A DNA stretch of 60,139 bases, filler included. It is 8 parts of 8 records of this genome, joined end to end, with 100 filler letters (N's around TTAATTAATTAA, not from the genome) between each part and the next. Parts side by side here need not be neighbours in the genome. Positions count along the whole stretch, not along the records: positions 1 to 7,569 come from SRR31147125_8967; positions 7,670 to 15,487 come from SRR31147125_8977; 6 more parts are not named here. The stretch is one strand, 5' to 3'. Under the pieces are notes generated by a model. That model did not search any database, was not told the DNA's origin, and saw only the letters and a list, made by a program, of their open reading frames with translations. Positions within the stretch are counted from its first letter, which is position 1; each line of letters opens with the position of its first letter. The position numbers and the translations under genes are program-made. This document shows positions 1-8,934 of the stretch, piece after piece.

Positions 1-801
1 CAATTTAATCATGCTATTCTTTGTGTGCCATTAGAAAATGATACTGTGTGGCTTGAATGTACAAGCCAGCAAATTCCATGTGGGTTTATAAGTACTTTCA
101 CAGATGACAGAGATGTGCTTTTGATAGAAGAAGATGGAGGTAAAATTGCGCATACAAATACTTATACTGTAGATGATAATGTGCAGGAAAGACTCGTAAT
201 AATATCTCTTGATAGTAAAGGGGATGCAATTGCAGAAGTAAAAACGAAATATAAGGGAATACAATACGATAACGTTTCAGCTGTTCTTCGAATGGACAAT
301 ACAGATAAGGAGAAGTTTATACTTAGACGAATTTCAATACCAAATTTCAACTTGATTAATCATGATTACAGCGTGCAGAAATCCAGAATCCCCAATATTG
401 AAGAGGAGCTTAAATTAGGATTGAGAAGTTACGCTAGTACGATTGGAAATAGATTGGTATTACCTTTAAATCCAATGAATAAGCAAACTTATATTCCATC
501 CTACCTTCGGAATAGAGAGTCTAAGGTTATTGTACGCAGACCTTTTAAAGATAAAGACACAGCAGTTTTTAATATCCCAGAAGGTTACAAAATTGATAAA
601 TTACCTAAAGAAATTTCCATTAATTCACCATTTGGAACGTATCAGGCAAATGTGAAACTGGAAGATAATACCATCGTGTACTCACGAGAATTTGTTATTG
701 AAAAGGGAAACTATTCGAAAGAATCATATAGTGAGTTACGTGATTTCTTTGAAAAGGTAAGTGGGGCAGATGAAATGAAATGTCTGTTGACAGTTCTGTA
801 A
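1..801 (+). CDS. Transglutaminase-like / DUF3857-DUF3858 family protein, C-terminal part (5' truncated)
   Basis: The frame is open from base 1 (QFNHAILCVP...WLECTS, the FNH transglutaminase-like motif). The C-terminal region (IPEGY..LP..FGTY..YSELRDFF) matches DUF3858-type Bacteroidota proteins. Confidence 0.75.
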   Translation, partial: QFNHAILCVPLENDTVWLECTSQQIPCGFISTFTDDRDVLLIEEDGGKIAHTNTYTVDDNVQERLVIISLDSKGDAIAEVKTKYKGIQYDNVSAVLRMDNTDKEKFILRRISIPNFNLINHDYSVQKSRIPNIEEELKLGLRSYASTIGNRLVLPLNPMNKQTYIPSYLRNRESKVIVRRPFKDKDTAVFNIPEGYKIDKLPKEISINSPFGTYQANVKLEDNTIVYSREFVIEKGNYSKESYSELRDFFEKVSGADEMKCLLTVL

Positions 802-870
802 TCTTAGATTAATTTATACATCTTTGCTCATCGATTGGTTTTTGTAAATTTGAGATCTAAAAATTAAACG

Positions 871-1443
871 ATGAAGCTAGTATTTGCGACAAATAATCAG
901 CATAAATTGAATGAACTAAGGAAGATGCTTGGTAATTCAATTGAATTATTGAGTTTGAAGGATATTGACTGTTTTGAAGATATTCCAGAAACAAATCCAA
1001 CCCTTGAGGAGAATGCATCTCAAAAAGCATTTTTTGTTTTCAATAAATACGGATATAATTGTTTTGCAGATGATACTGGCTTGGAAATTAATGCGCTTAA
1101 TGGTGAACCAGGAGTTTATTCGGCTCGTTATGCAGGGGAAGAAAAAAGTGCAGAGGCCAACATGCGTAAAGTTCTGGAAGAGATGAGCGAAATAAAAAAC
1201 CGCAAAGCTCGTTTTAGAACTGTAATCTCCCTAGTTATTGATGGTGAGGAGAACCTGTTCGAAGGTATTGTTGATGGTGAAATATTAACTGAGAAAAGAG
1301 GAGAAGAAGGTTTTGGTTATGACCCAATATTTATGCCTGATGGTTTTTCTGAATCGTTTGCCGAAATGGATTTGGTTGATAAAAATGAAATAAGCCACAG
1401 GGGAAGGGCAGTGCAAAAACTGGTGGAATTCTTGAATGCTTAA
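871..1443 (+). CDS. rdgB: Non-canonical purine NTP pyrophosphatase (RdgB/HAM1 family)
   Basis: Motifs [34 protein letters not shown] and KN.ISHRG. Confidence 0.95.
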   Translation: MKLVFATNNQHKLNELRKMLGNSIELLSLKDIDCFEDIPETNPTLEENASQKAFFVFNKYGYNCFADDTGLEINALNGEPGVYSARYAGEEKSAEANMRKVLEEMSEIKNRKARFRTVISLVIDGEENLFEGIVDGEILTEKRGEEGFGYDPIFMPDGFSESFAEMDLVDKNEISHRGRAVQKLVEFLNA

Positions 1444-1452
1444 AATCAGCAA

Positions 1453-3768
1453 ATGAAGACAACTTTTACTTTTTTATTGATAGTCGCTTGTAGCGTTCTG
1501 GTAAAAGGGCAGTGGATTGATTATCTTTCTTACTCTTCAGCCAAAAAAGTTATTGAAACTGATAATAAGGTTTATTGTGCCACTACTGGCGGCTTGTTTA
1601 CATACAATAAATCGGATAACAGTGTAGTAAAATTGACTGGTATAAATGGGCTTTCTGATGTTGGCATTCAGACAATTGGTTATGGGGAAGAGTCTAGAGC
1701 TGTTTTAATTGCTTATGAAAACAGCAACGTCGATTTAATAATTGAAGATCAAGTGTTTAATCTGTCCGATATAAAACGAAAGCAGATTAGTGGAGATAAA
1801 AGAATCTACAATATCTTCTTTGTTGGACAAACGGCTTATTTGTCATGTGGATTTGGTATTGTGGCTCTAAATCTTGACAAAATGGAGGTTAAGGATACCT
1901 ACTATATTGGGGATAATGGGTCTGCTGTTGTTGTATTGGATATGACATCTGATGGTCAGTTTCTATATGCAGCAACTGAAGAAGGAATTTATAAAGCTGA
2001 TATTAACTCACCTAACTTGCAGGACTTCTCAAACTGGGAGCATATTGAGAACATACCAAATCCTTCAGGTACTTTTGATCAGCTTGAGTTTTTTAATAAC
2101 AGTGTAATTGCAAATTATTCAGGAGGTAGTTCTAATTCTGATAAATTATATCGGCTCGATGGAGATAATTGGTCGGCCTATTTACCGGTTGTTACAAGCA
2201 TTGATGATATTCAGGTTAAAGGTTCAACACTTATTTTATCGAGAACCGGACAAGTTGATCTTTACGATCAGAGTGGGAATCAACTTGAAAGTATTAATAG
2301 CTATTCATTTTCTGAATATAGCGTTTCTGGTATTCATGCAAAAAGTGCTGTGTTAGATTCTGAAGGTTCACTTTGGATTGCCGATTCAGAAGTTGGTTTG
2401 GTACATAAATATGGGCAATCTTATGAGGTTTCTATTCCATCAGGACCTGCAGATAATAAAATCTTTTCTCTGTTAAATAATGGGAATGACCTTTGGGTAT
2501 CAAGTGGTGGAAGAACTGCAATTTGGAACAATCGTTTTTTTAGTCCACAATTTCAGCGCTTTAGCGAAAATGAATGGACTGTCTTTAACCAAACTACTCA
2601 TGCTGAATTAGCAGGCTTTCACGATATCGTATGTATTGTTGCTGATCCAACTGATCCGAATCATATTTTTGCAGGTTCGTGGGGTGGTGGAATAATTGAA
2701 TTTAAAGATGATCAGTTCATTGATCGATATAATCAGTTTAATAGTTCGTTGCAATCAGCTCTGCCTGGCAATCCAGATCCCAATTATGTTCGTATTGGAG
2801 CTATGGCTTTCGATTCTGAAGGTAATTTGTGGGCAACCAATGCTGGAGTTGATAAACCTTTGTCGGTTTTAAAAACTGATGGCACTTGGGAGTCGTTTGA
2901 TTTTGAGGGTGTGCCAACAAACTATTTTTTAGGACAAATTGTGATAACAGAAAATGATGATCAGTGGATAGTGTTTCCCAGAGGCAATGACCTGTTTGTT
3001 CGAAAAGCAGATGGATCAGAATCGAAAAAGCTACCTTCAACAGCAAAATTTAATAGTACACAAGGTAATATTTTTGAACGTTTAAATGATATTTATTCAA
3101 TTGCAATAGACAAGGATGGTGAAATCTGGCTTGGTACATCGAAAGGTGTTGCGCGCTATAGAGATCCTGAAGAAATATGGGCGAGTAGTGGTACTTTCTA
3201 TTCGGAACAACCAAGCCTTGATTTGAATGATAATATCTATCATCCGTTGTTGGAAACTGAGGTTGTTACTGCAATTGCTGTTGATGCTGCTAACAGAAAA
3301 TGGTTTGGCACTAAAACATCTGGAGTATTCCTTATTTCTGAAAATGGTGAGAATGAACTTGAGCATTTTACTGAATCAAATAGCCCCTTGCTTTCAAACG
3401 AAATTTCAAGTATTTCAATTAGTCCCAAGGGTGAAGTATTTATTGGAACAAATAAAGGATTAATCTCATTTCAAGGAACTGCCTCAGATGGGAAAGAAGA
3501 CTATTCAGATGTTTATGCATACCCAAATCCTGTAAGAGAGAATTACGAAGGTAATATCATGATTACTGGACTAATTGATGATACTGATGTGAAAATTACA
3601 GACATCAGCGGTAACCTGGTATATGAAACTAAGTCGCTTGGAGGACAGGCGGTTTGGAATGGAAGAAACCTTTTAGGTAAACGAGTGAGCACAGGTGTTT
3701 ATATGGTTCTTGGAAACGACAAGCAAGGAGAACAAACTTTTGTAACAAAGATTCTGTTTATTCATTAA
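1453..3768 (+). CDS. porZ: Type IX secretion system PorZ-like beta-propeller protein with type A CTD
   Basis: Signal peptide, W..YLSY N-terminus, repeated two-component-propeller motifs (D..G.LW.G), C-terminal VYAYPNP...K T9SS sorting domain, and position next to recO. Confidence 0.8.
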   Translation: MKTTFTFLLIVACSVLVKGQWIDYLSYSSAKKVIETDNKVYCATTGGLFTYNKSDNSVVKLTGINGLSDVGIQTIGYGEESRAVLIAYENSNVDLIIEDQVFNLSDIKRKQISGDKRIYNIFFVGQTAYLSCGFGIVALNLDKMEVKDTYYIGDNGSAVVVLDMTSDGQFLYAATEEGIYKADINSPNLQDFSNWEHIENIPNPSGTFDQLEFFNNSVIANYSGGSSNSDKLYRLDGDNWSAYLPVVTSIDDIQVKGSTLILSRTGQVDLYDQSGNQLESINSYSFSEYSVSGIHAKSAVLDSEGSLWIADSEVGLVHKYGQSYEVSIPSGPADNKIFSLLNNGNDLWVSSGGRTAIWNNRFFSPQFQRFSENEWTVFNQTTHAELAGFHDIVCIVADPTDPNHIFAGSWGGGIIEFKDDQFIDRYNQFNSSLQSALPGNPDPNYVRIGAMAFDSEGNLWATNAGVDKPLSVLKTDGTWESFDFEGVPTNYFLGQIVITENDDQWIVFPRGNDLFVRKADGSESKKLPSTAKFNSTQGNIFERLNDIYSIAIDKDGEIWLGTSKGVARYRDPEEIWASSGTFYSEQPSLDLNDNIYHPLLETEVVTAIAVDAANRKWFGTKTSGVFLISENGENELEHFTESNSPLLSNEISSISISPKGEVFIGTNKGLISFQGTASDGKEDYSDVYAYPNPVRENYEGNIMITGLIDDTDVKITDISGNLVYETKSLGGQAVWNGRNLLGKRVSTGVYMVLGNDKQGEQTFVTKILFIH

Positions 3769-3783
3769 AAACGCAGAAGGATC

Positions 3784-4509
3784 GTGCTAGAAAAAACCCG
3801 AGGCATTTTTTTGCATTATATGAATTACTCTGAGTCAAGTATTATTGCTCGGATATATACAGAGAAATTTGGAAGGCAATCTTATATTGTAAATGGAGTA
3901 AGAAGTAAAAAGTCGGGTTTAAAAATTAACCTTTTTCAGTCACTCTTTTTGCTTGAATTGGAGGTGTATCACAAGCCAGGTAGGGATTTGCAACGTCTAA
4001 AAGAATGCAGGATTTCAGTTCCATTTGAACATATTCCATACGATATTAGAAAAAGTTCTCAAGCAATTTTTTTAGCCGAAGTAATGATGCGCTGTCTGAA
4101 AGAAGAAGAAGCTAATCCAGATCTATTTAATTTTATTTTTCATGCTGCACGCTTGTTGGATGTTAAGAATGAGGGTGTTTCAAATTTTCATTTGGTTTTT
4201 CTTCACAAGTTAACTCGTTTTTTGGGCGTATACCCACAGTATACAAATGAAAAGTTACTTAAGTTTTTTGATCTTGATGCTGCAATGTTTAAACAAACAG
4301 AGCCAGTTCATCAACAGTTTATGGATGTAGATACTACAAATTGTTATCGAGAAATGTTTTTAGTTGATATTAGTGAAACAGAGAAAATTAGAATGACAGG
4401 TGATCAGCGAACTGTTCTACTCACTAAATTGTTGGAGTATTACAAGATTCATCTGGATTTGAAAGAAGAAATTAAATCACTAAATGTTTTGACCGAAGTA
4501 ATGAGTTAG
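3784..4509 (+). CDS. recO: DNA repair protein RecO
   Basis: KT.GI.L...NYSESS.I..IYT..FG..SY N-terminus and Bacteroidota-type KSL.VL.EV C-terminus. Confidence 0.9.
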   Translation: MLEKTRGIFLHYMNYSESSIIARIYTEKFGRQSYIVNGVRSKKSGLKINLFQSLFLLELEVYHKPGRDLQRLKECRISVPFEHIPYDIRKSSQAIFLAEVMMRCLKEEEANPDLFNFIFHAARLLDVKNEGVSNFHLVFLHKLTRFLGVYPQYTNEKLLKFFDLDAAMFKQTEPVHQQFMDVDTTNCYREMFLVDISETEKIRMTGDQRTVLLTKLLEYYKIHLDLKEEIKSLNVLTEVMS

Positions 4510-4583
4510 GTTTCTTTCTTCGGAATTCCGTACTTTTGTATAGGAATTGCCTGTTAAATAAAAATTCGACAGCGAATTACAAA

Positions 4584-5747
4584 ATGATACAATCAAAATT
4601 ACCAAATACAAGCTCAAGTATATTTACCACAATCCATCGATTAGTTGAGGATACTGGTGCTATAGATGTTGCCATAGGCAATTCAGATTTCTGTTGTCCT
4701 GATGAATTAACGGAACTTGCTGCTAAATATCTTAAAAACGGATTCAATAATTTTGCTCCTCTTGAAGGAATTATTAAGCTTCGGGAAGTTATTGCTGAAC
4801 ATGTTCAGCGGAACTACGGGTTTAATTATAACCCCGAAACAGAGATAACCATTGCTGCAGGAACAATTCAGGCGGTACATTCTGTGATTAGTGCAATTGT
4901 TAAAGAAGAAGATGAAGTAATTATTTTCGAACCTGCATTTGAGTCCTATGCTCCTTCTATAAAATTGAATGGTGGTAAGCCGGTATATGTGAAGTTGAAA
5001 GAACCAACATTTCGGATTGACTGGGAAGAACTTCGAAAGATGATTAGTTCCAAAACGAAGATGATCATAATCAATTCACCACATAATCCAACCGGGGCGG
5101 TTTTGTCTGAAGAAGATATGGTTCAGCTTCAGAAATTGACAAATGGAACTAATATTATAATACTTGGCGATGAGGTTTTTGAATCAATTGTTTTCGACAA
5201 TCAGGTTCATCAAAGTCTCTCCCGATATAGTAAGCTTGCTGATCGTAGCTTCATTGTTTCATCGTTTGGAATACCGTTCAACATTAATGGATGGGGAATT
5301 GCCTATTGTCTTGCTCCAGCACACTTGATGGTTGAATATAGAAAAATGCAACAGTTTCAACTTTATAATGTAAATGCTCCGTTGCAATATGCTTTAGCCG
5401 AATACTTACCAAATCAACAATCATTTTCAGAATTATCGGAGTTTTATCAGGGTAAACGGAATTACTTTGCGCGCCTTCTTAATGATAGTTTATATAAATT
5501 TACACCTGCTTGTGGTAGCTATTTTCAAATGTTGGATTATTCCAAAATATCTGATGAGACTGATAAAATATTTGTAGATCGTTTGGCTCGTGATTTTGGG
5601 GTTGCTACAGTTCCTGTTTCAGCTTTCTATCACGAAAAGAACAGGTCGAGATATATTAGGGTCTGTTTTGCGAAGGAAAATAGTAAACTGGAGCAAGCCG
5701 CTGAACGGTTGCTCCATGTTCCATCTATGATATTAGGAGATTTATAA
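4584..5747 (+). CDS. YbdL/methionine-aminotransferase-like fold-type I protein lacking the PLP lysine (probable pseudoenzyme)
   Basis: Start MIQSKLP, motifs NSPHNPTG, DEV.E and RVCFAK. The SSFGK motif reads SSFGI (ATA at 5271-5273). ATG 4584 is preferred over TTG 4536. Confidence 0.8.
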   Translation: MIQSKLPNTSSSIFTTIHRLVEDTGAIDVAIGNSDFCCPDELTELAAKYLKNGFNNFAPLEGIIKLREVIAEHVQRNYGFNYNPETEITIAAGTIQAVHSVISAIVKEEDEVIIFEPAFESYAPSIKLNGGKPVYVKLKEPTFRIDWEELRKMISSKTKMIIINSPHNPTGAVLSEEDMVQLQKLTNGTNIIILGDEVFESIVFDNQVHQSLSRYSKLADRSFIVSSFGIPFNINGWGIAYCLAPAHLMVEYRKMQQFQLYNVNAPLQYALAEYLPNQQSFSELSEFYQGKRNYFARLLNDSLYKFTPACGSYFQMLDYSKISDETDKIFVDRLARDFGVATVPVSAFYHEKNRSRYIRVCFAKENSKLEQAAERLLHVPSMILGDL

Positions 5748-5754
5748 TTGGCTA

Positions 5755-6264
5755 TTATTTTTTAATTAATAACCAGGTATCGTCATATTGTTGGTAATCA
5801 TTACGGATTTGATATACCCGTTTTCTGGCTTCCATTTCATCAGTAAACGAATTTACACAAACTCTGTAATAGCCAGTTTCGCTATGTAATACAATTGGGT
5901 TAAACCCCTGTGGAGCTAATTCCTGCTTGTATTTGTTTGCATTTTCGTTGCTGCTAAAGCTGCCAATTATTACAAAATAAGTGCTGCTTTCATATTTTAC
6001 CTTATCTTCCTGTTTATCGAAAGTGAAAGTTTCAGACTGAATACGAACTGCCTTTTCTTTTTTCTTAGGTGTTTCATACATTTTATCTGAAGTTGGATTT
6101 TTCCTTACTTTCCCAGGTTCGGTTCCTGGAACAGCAAAAACTTTTGTTGCAGGTTCGGCTTCTTGACTTAGTTCTGGATTATCTTTCTTCTTAAGGTTTT
6201 CAATAACTTTACAGCCTGTTAAAAGCACTGAAAAGATTAGTCCGGCCAAAATTATCTTTTTCAT
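5755..6264 (-). CDS. SPOR domain lipoprotein
   Basis: Lipobox LTGC and a C-terminal SPOR domain (YFVIIGSFS...NA...YYRV...WLL). Confidence 0.85.
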   Translation of the reverse strand: MKKIILAGLIFSVLLTGCKVIENLKKKDNPELSQEAEPATKVFAVPGTEPGKVRKNPTSDKMYETPKKKEKAVRIQSETFTFDKQEDKVKYESSTYFVIIGSFSSNENANKYKQELAPQGFNPIVLHSETGYYRVCVNSFTDEMEARKRVYQIRNDYQQYDDTWLLIKK

Positions 6265-6364
6265 AGTTCCATTTTTTAATTGTTTTCAAGATTCAAAAGT
6301 ACAAAAAAGTGGAGCTAGAGAGTGGGAAAAGCAAGAAGGGTTATCAACCAAAGATTGTTAAAAT

Positions 6365-6609
6365 CTAGAAATTCAGCACTTTTCGAATGTGTCTTTGACC
6401 TGCCTCGCTTTTGTAAAACTTACTTCGCCAAATGGCTTTCTTTTTTGTTTCAAAGCCTTCGTGGTAAAGTAAAATCCAAGGTGAGATGTCCTTGGTATAT
6501 TCTATTAATCCTTTGTTGTGAGCAATTTCTGCTTTCTCAAGGTCCTCAGTAAAACCGTAAAAAAAATGTGATTTTCTTGATTATATATAACGTACGAGTA
6601 GTAATTCAT
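6365..6609 (-). CDS. GIY-YIG (UPF0213/YhbQ-like) family protein, frameshifted at A8 run 6559-6566; not in the ORF track
   Basis: Adding one base gives 81 aa: MNYYSYVIYNQENHIFFYGFTEDLEKAEIAHNKGLIEYTKDISPWILLYHEGFETKKKAIWRSKFYKSEAGQRHIRKVLNF. This has the Y.Y....YG.T.DL.....HN.G...TK...PW.L.Y.E.F pattern of small GIY-YIG proteins. Confidence 0.75.
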
Positions 6610-6773
6610 AGAACAAAAATAGCTTCTTTTCTTTTATGAATAAATAAATACAACATCAATTCAATTTCAAAATGGGTAAATTCCCTTAATTCTAGAATTA
6701 TACGTGCTTTTTCGTACAAGTTTATTATTTTTAACAAAAAATAGTTAAGCGGTATTTTATTAAATTTTGCGAT

Positions 6774-7172
6774 ATGAAAAAAATTATTATTCTGGCGTTA
6801 GCTGTCATTGGTTTTTCTTTTTGTCCTTCAGCTGATAAAGCAGCAGACGAAGCAATTTCTTTTAGAAACGGATTTTACATCACAGTTCAGGATAATACTA
6901 CAAGAACTTTTCATAAGTATATTGTTGAGACTAAGGATTCTGTAAATGCAATATTTACTTCTTTCTTTAATTCTGAATTAGAGCTTGGAGAGGTAGATCG
7001 TCCGATTTCTATATTCAATGGGAAACATGATTTTTACATTGCCAGGGTAAATGTTTTTGAAAAACCAAACGGAAAAAAGAGCTTTAAGAACTTAAAGTAT
7101 CCACCTATTTTCGTTAAGCCTGCAGACCGCGAAAAACGAACAAAACGTGCTCCTGTATATATTGAATTCTAA
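6774..7172 (+). CDS. Hypothetical exported protein
   Basis: MKK-led hydrophobic signal peptide, 132 aa, followed by an intrinsic terminator. Confidence 0.65.
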   Translation: MKKIIILALAVIGFSFCPSADKAADEAISFRNGFYITVQDNTTRTFHKYIVETKDSVNAIFTSFFNSELELGEVDRPISIFNGKHDFYIARVNVFEKPNGKKSFKNLKYPPIFVKPADREKRTKRAPVYIEF

Positions 7173-7198
7173 AATACTTACACTATTTAGATATTGCC

Positions 7199-7228
7199 AG
7201 TGCTGATTCATGAATCAGCACTTTTTTT
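7199..7228 (+). terminator. Rho-independent terminator
   Basis: AGTGCTGATTC-AT-GAATCAGCACT inverted repeat followed by a T run. Confidence 0.8.
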
Positions 7229-7493
7229 GTGATATACTTGCTAATAGTATGTAGTTAGATGTGTAATTAGCATTCAGCATCGGATATAAGATGAAGGCGG
7301 TTCTCCAAGGTAGTAACATGATCTTATTAAAGATAGACACCACTTGGTGTATTTAAAATTAGATTAAAAGAAAATCGAAACAAATAAAAGTCATTTCAGT
7401 TAATAAGTTCAATAAAAGAAGAAAGGAAAATCTTTGTTTTAGATTGGAGAAAGTAAAAGAAATTAATGCCAAACTTGACACCGTGAAAAAGTA

Positions 7494-7526
7494 AATCCCC
7501 TGCAAGGAGTTTATTTGCAGGGGATT
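7494..7526 (-). terminator. Hairpin downstream of tRNA (terminator-like)
   Basis: AATCCCCTGCAA...TTGCAGGGGATT perfect 12-bp stem. Confidence 0.65.
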
Positions 7527-7540
7527 GGTATTTCTCGAAG

Positions 7541-7569
7541 TAGTCCCGACGGGAATCGAACCCATATCT
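7541..7569 (-). tRNA. tRNA 3' half (T-arm and acceptor strand), truncated by the contig end; possibly tRNA-Arg
   Basis: The minus strand reads AGATATGGGTTCGATTCCCGTCGGGACTA, with a GGTTCGATTCCC T-loop and acceptor 3' strand. The anticodon is not visible. Confidence 0.75.
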
Positions 7570-7669
7570 NNNNNNNNNNNNNNNNNNNNNNNNNNNNNNN
7601 NNNNNNNNNNNNNTTAATTAATTAANNNNNNNNNNNNNNNNNNNNNNNNNNNNNNNNNNNNNNNNNNNN
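7570..7669. other. Artificial contig spacer (N44-TTAATTAATTAA-N44)
   Basis: Six-frame-stop linker flanked by N runs. Confidence 0.98.
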
Positions 7670-7759
7670 TGCATATTTGTTGCTTATAAATATGTAAGTA
7701 TGATAAAAAAGTTAAAGTGATTCTATGTGAAAGCGTAGAAAATTTATGGAGGAAATAAA

Positions 7760-8845
7760 ATGAAAAAAAGTATTCAATTATTGGTAGTAGTACTAGTGTT
7801 AGCATTTGCATTCGCAGCTTGTTCAGCTCCAGCTGAAGAGCCAGCAGCAGTTGCTGAACCAGAACCAGCAGAAGAGCCTGCTGCAGAAGAACCAGCAGAA
7901 GAGCCTGTTGCAGAAGAACCTGCTGAAGTTATCGTAATGAAAATTGGTCATGCTCACTCAACAGAAGCAATCAGACATATAGGTATGCTTGAGTTTGAAA
8001 AACTTGTTGAAGAAGCAACAAATGGCGGAATCGACGTTGAAATCTATCCAAACAATGAACTTGGAGCAGAAGCAGAAATGATCGAAGCTGTTAAAATGGG
8101 TGTTATCGAAGGTACATTGTCAGGTAAGTTTGACTTAGTATCTCCTGATTTCTCAATCTATCTAATGCCTTTCTTGTTTAATGATTCTAAAGATTTCCAA
8201 GAAATCGCTGGCGGAGAACTAGGCGACAAAATTGCTGCTAAATCTAGCGACGTTGGAATCACAGTTCTTGCAACTGGTGATGCTGGTGGATTCAGACAAT
8301 GGACAAATAACACTCGTCCTATTAAAACACCAGAAGATATGAAGGGTCTAAAAATGAGAACACCAGGCGTTCAAGCTATCCAAGATGAAATGGGCGCATT
8401 TGGTGCAAACGTTACAGCTATTCCTTATGCAGAATTATATGAAGCATTGAAAACTGGTGTTGTTGACGGACAAGAAAATCCATATGCAAACATCGTTGAT
8501 AAAAAGTTCTACGAAGTTCAAAAATATTTGACAGTATGTAACTATCAAATCCATCCTGCTCCATTATGCGTAAGCCAAGATTGGTTTAACGGATTATCAC
8601 CAGAATATCAAACTGTTCTTATTGATAGTGCAAAGAAAATGTTTGATTTAACTGATCAAATGTTTATCGATAAATCTGCTGAAAACCGCGCAATAATTGA
8701 AGAAGGTGGCGTAGAAATTTATGAGTTAACAGCAGAAGAAAAAGCTACATTTAAAGCTCTAGGTCAATCAGTTATTGATGACTGGAAATCAAACGCTAAA
8801 TTTGACGTTGCTCTATTCGACGAAGTTGAGGCAGCACTTAAATAA
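7760..8845 (+). CDS. dctP: TRAP transporter substrate-binding lipoprotein DctP
   Basis: RBS GGAGG, lipobox FAAC, Pro/Ala/Glu linker, motifs EIYPNN.LG, DMKGLKMRTP, VDGQENP and FYEVQKY. Confidence 0.92.
   Translation: MKKSIQLLVVVLVLAFAFAACSAPAEEPAAVAEPEPAEEPAAEEPAEEPVAEEPAEVIVMKIGHAHSTEAIRHIGMLEFEKLVEEATNGGIDVEIYPNNELGAEAEMIEAVKMGVIEGTLSGKFDLVSPDFSIYLMPFLFNDSKDFQEIAGGELGDKIAAKSSDVGITVLATGDAGGFRQWTNNTRPIKTPEDMKGLKMRTPGVQAIQDEMGAFGANVTAIPYAELYEALKTGVVDGQENPYANIVDKKFYEVQKYLTVCNYQIHPAPLCVSQDWFNGLSPEYQTVLIDSAKKMFDLTDQMFIDKSAENRAIIEEGGVEIYELTAEEKATFKALGQSVIDDWKSNAKFDVALFDEVEAALK
7828..7928 (+). repeat. Coding low-complexity repeat (PAEEP/AEEP units) in the DctP linker
   Basis: Repeated GCAGAAGA(A/G)CC(A/T) units encode APAEEPAAVAEPEPAEEPAAEEPAEEPVAEEPAE. 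Confidence 0.8.
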
Positions 8846-8874
8846 GCAATAAAGTAATTATTAAGAAAAACATA

Positions 8875-8912
8875 GAAAGGAAAGTAAGAAATTTTCTTCA
8901 TACTTTCCTTTC
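8875..8912 (+). terminator. Intergenic stem-loop between dctP and dctQ
   Basis: GAAAGGAAAGTA...TACTTTCCTTTC inverted repeat. Confidence 0.6.
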
Positions 8913-8934
8913 ATATTAATTTAAGGGTGAAATT

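Noticed and set aside
6322..6552. 76-aa plus-strand ORF
   Set aside because: It is the antisense shadow of the frameshifted GIY-YIG gene and has no recognisable features.
7359..7565. 68-aa ORF starting MGSIPVGTT
   Set aside because: It is a translation of the tRNA T-arm and terminator, a common false ORF.
7614..7625. TTAATTAATTAA repeated seven times at long intervals, as a biological repeat or CRISPR
   Set aside because: It is always centred in N runs and is a synthetic six-frame-stop contig linker.
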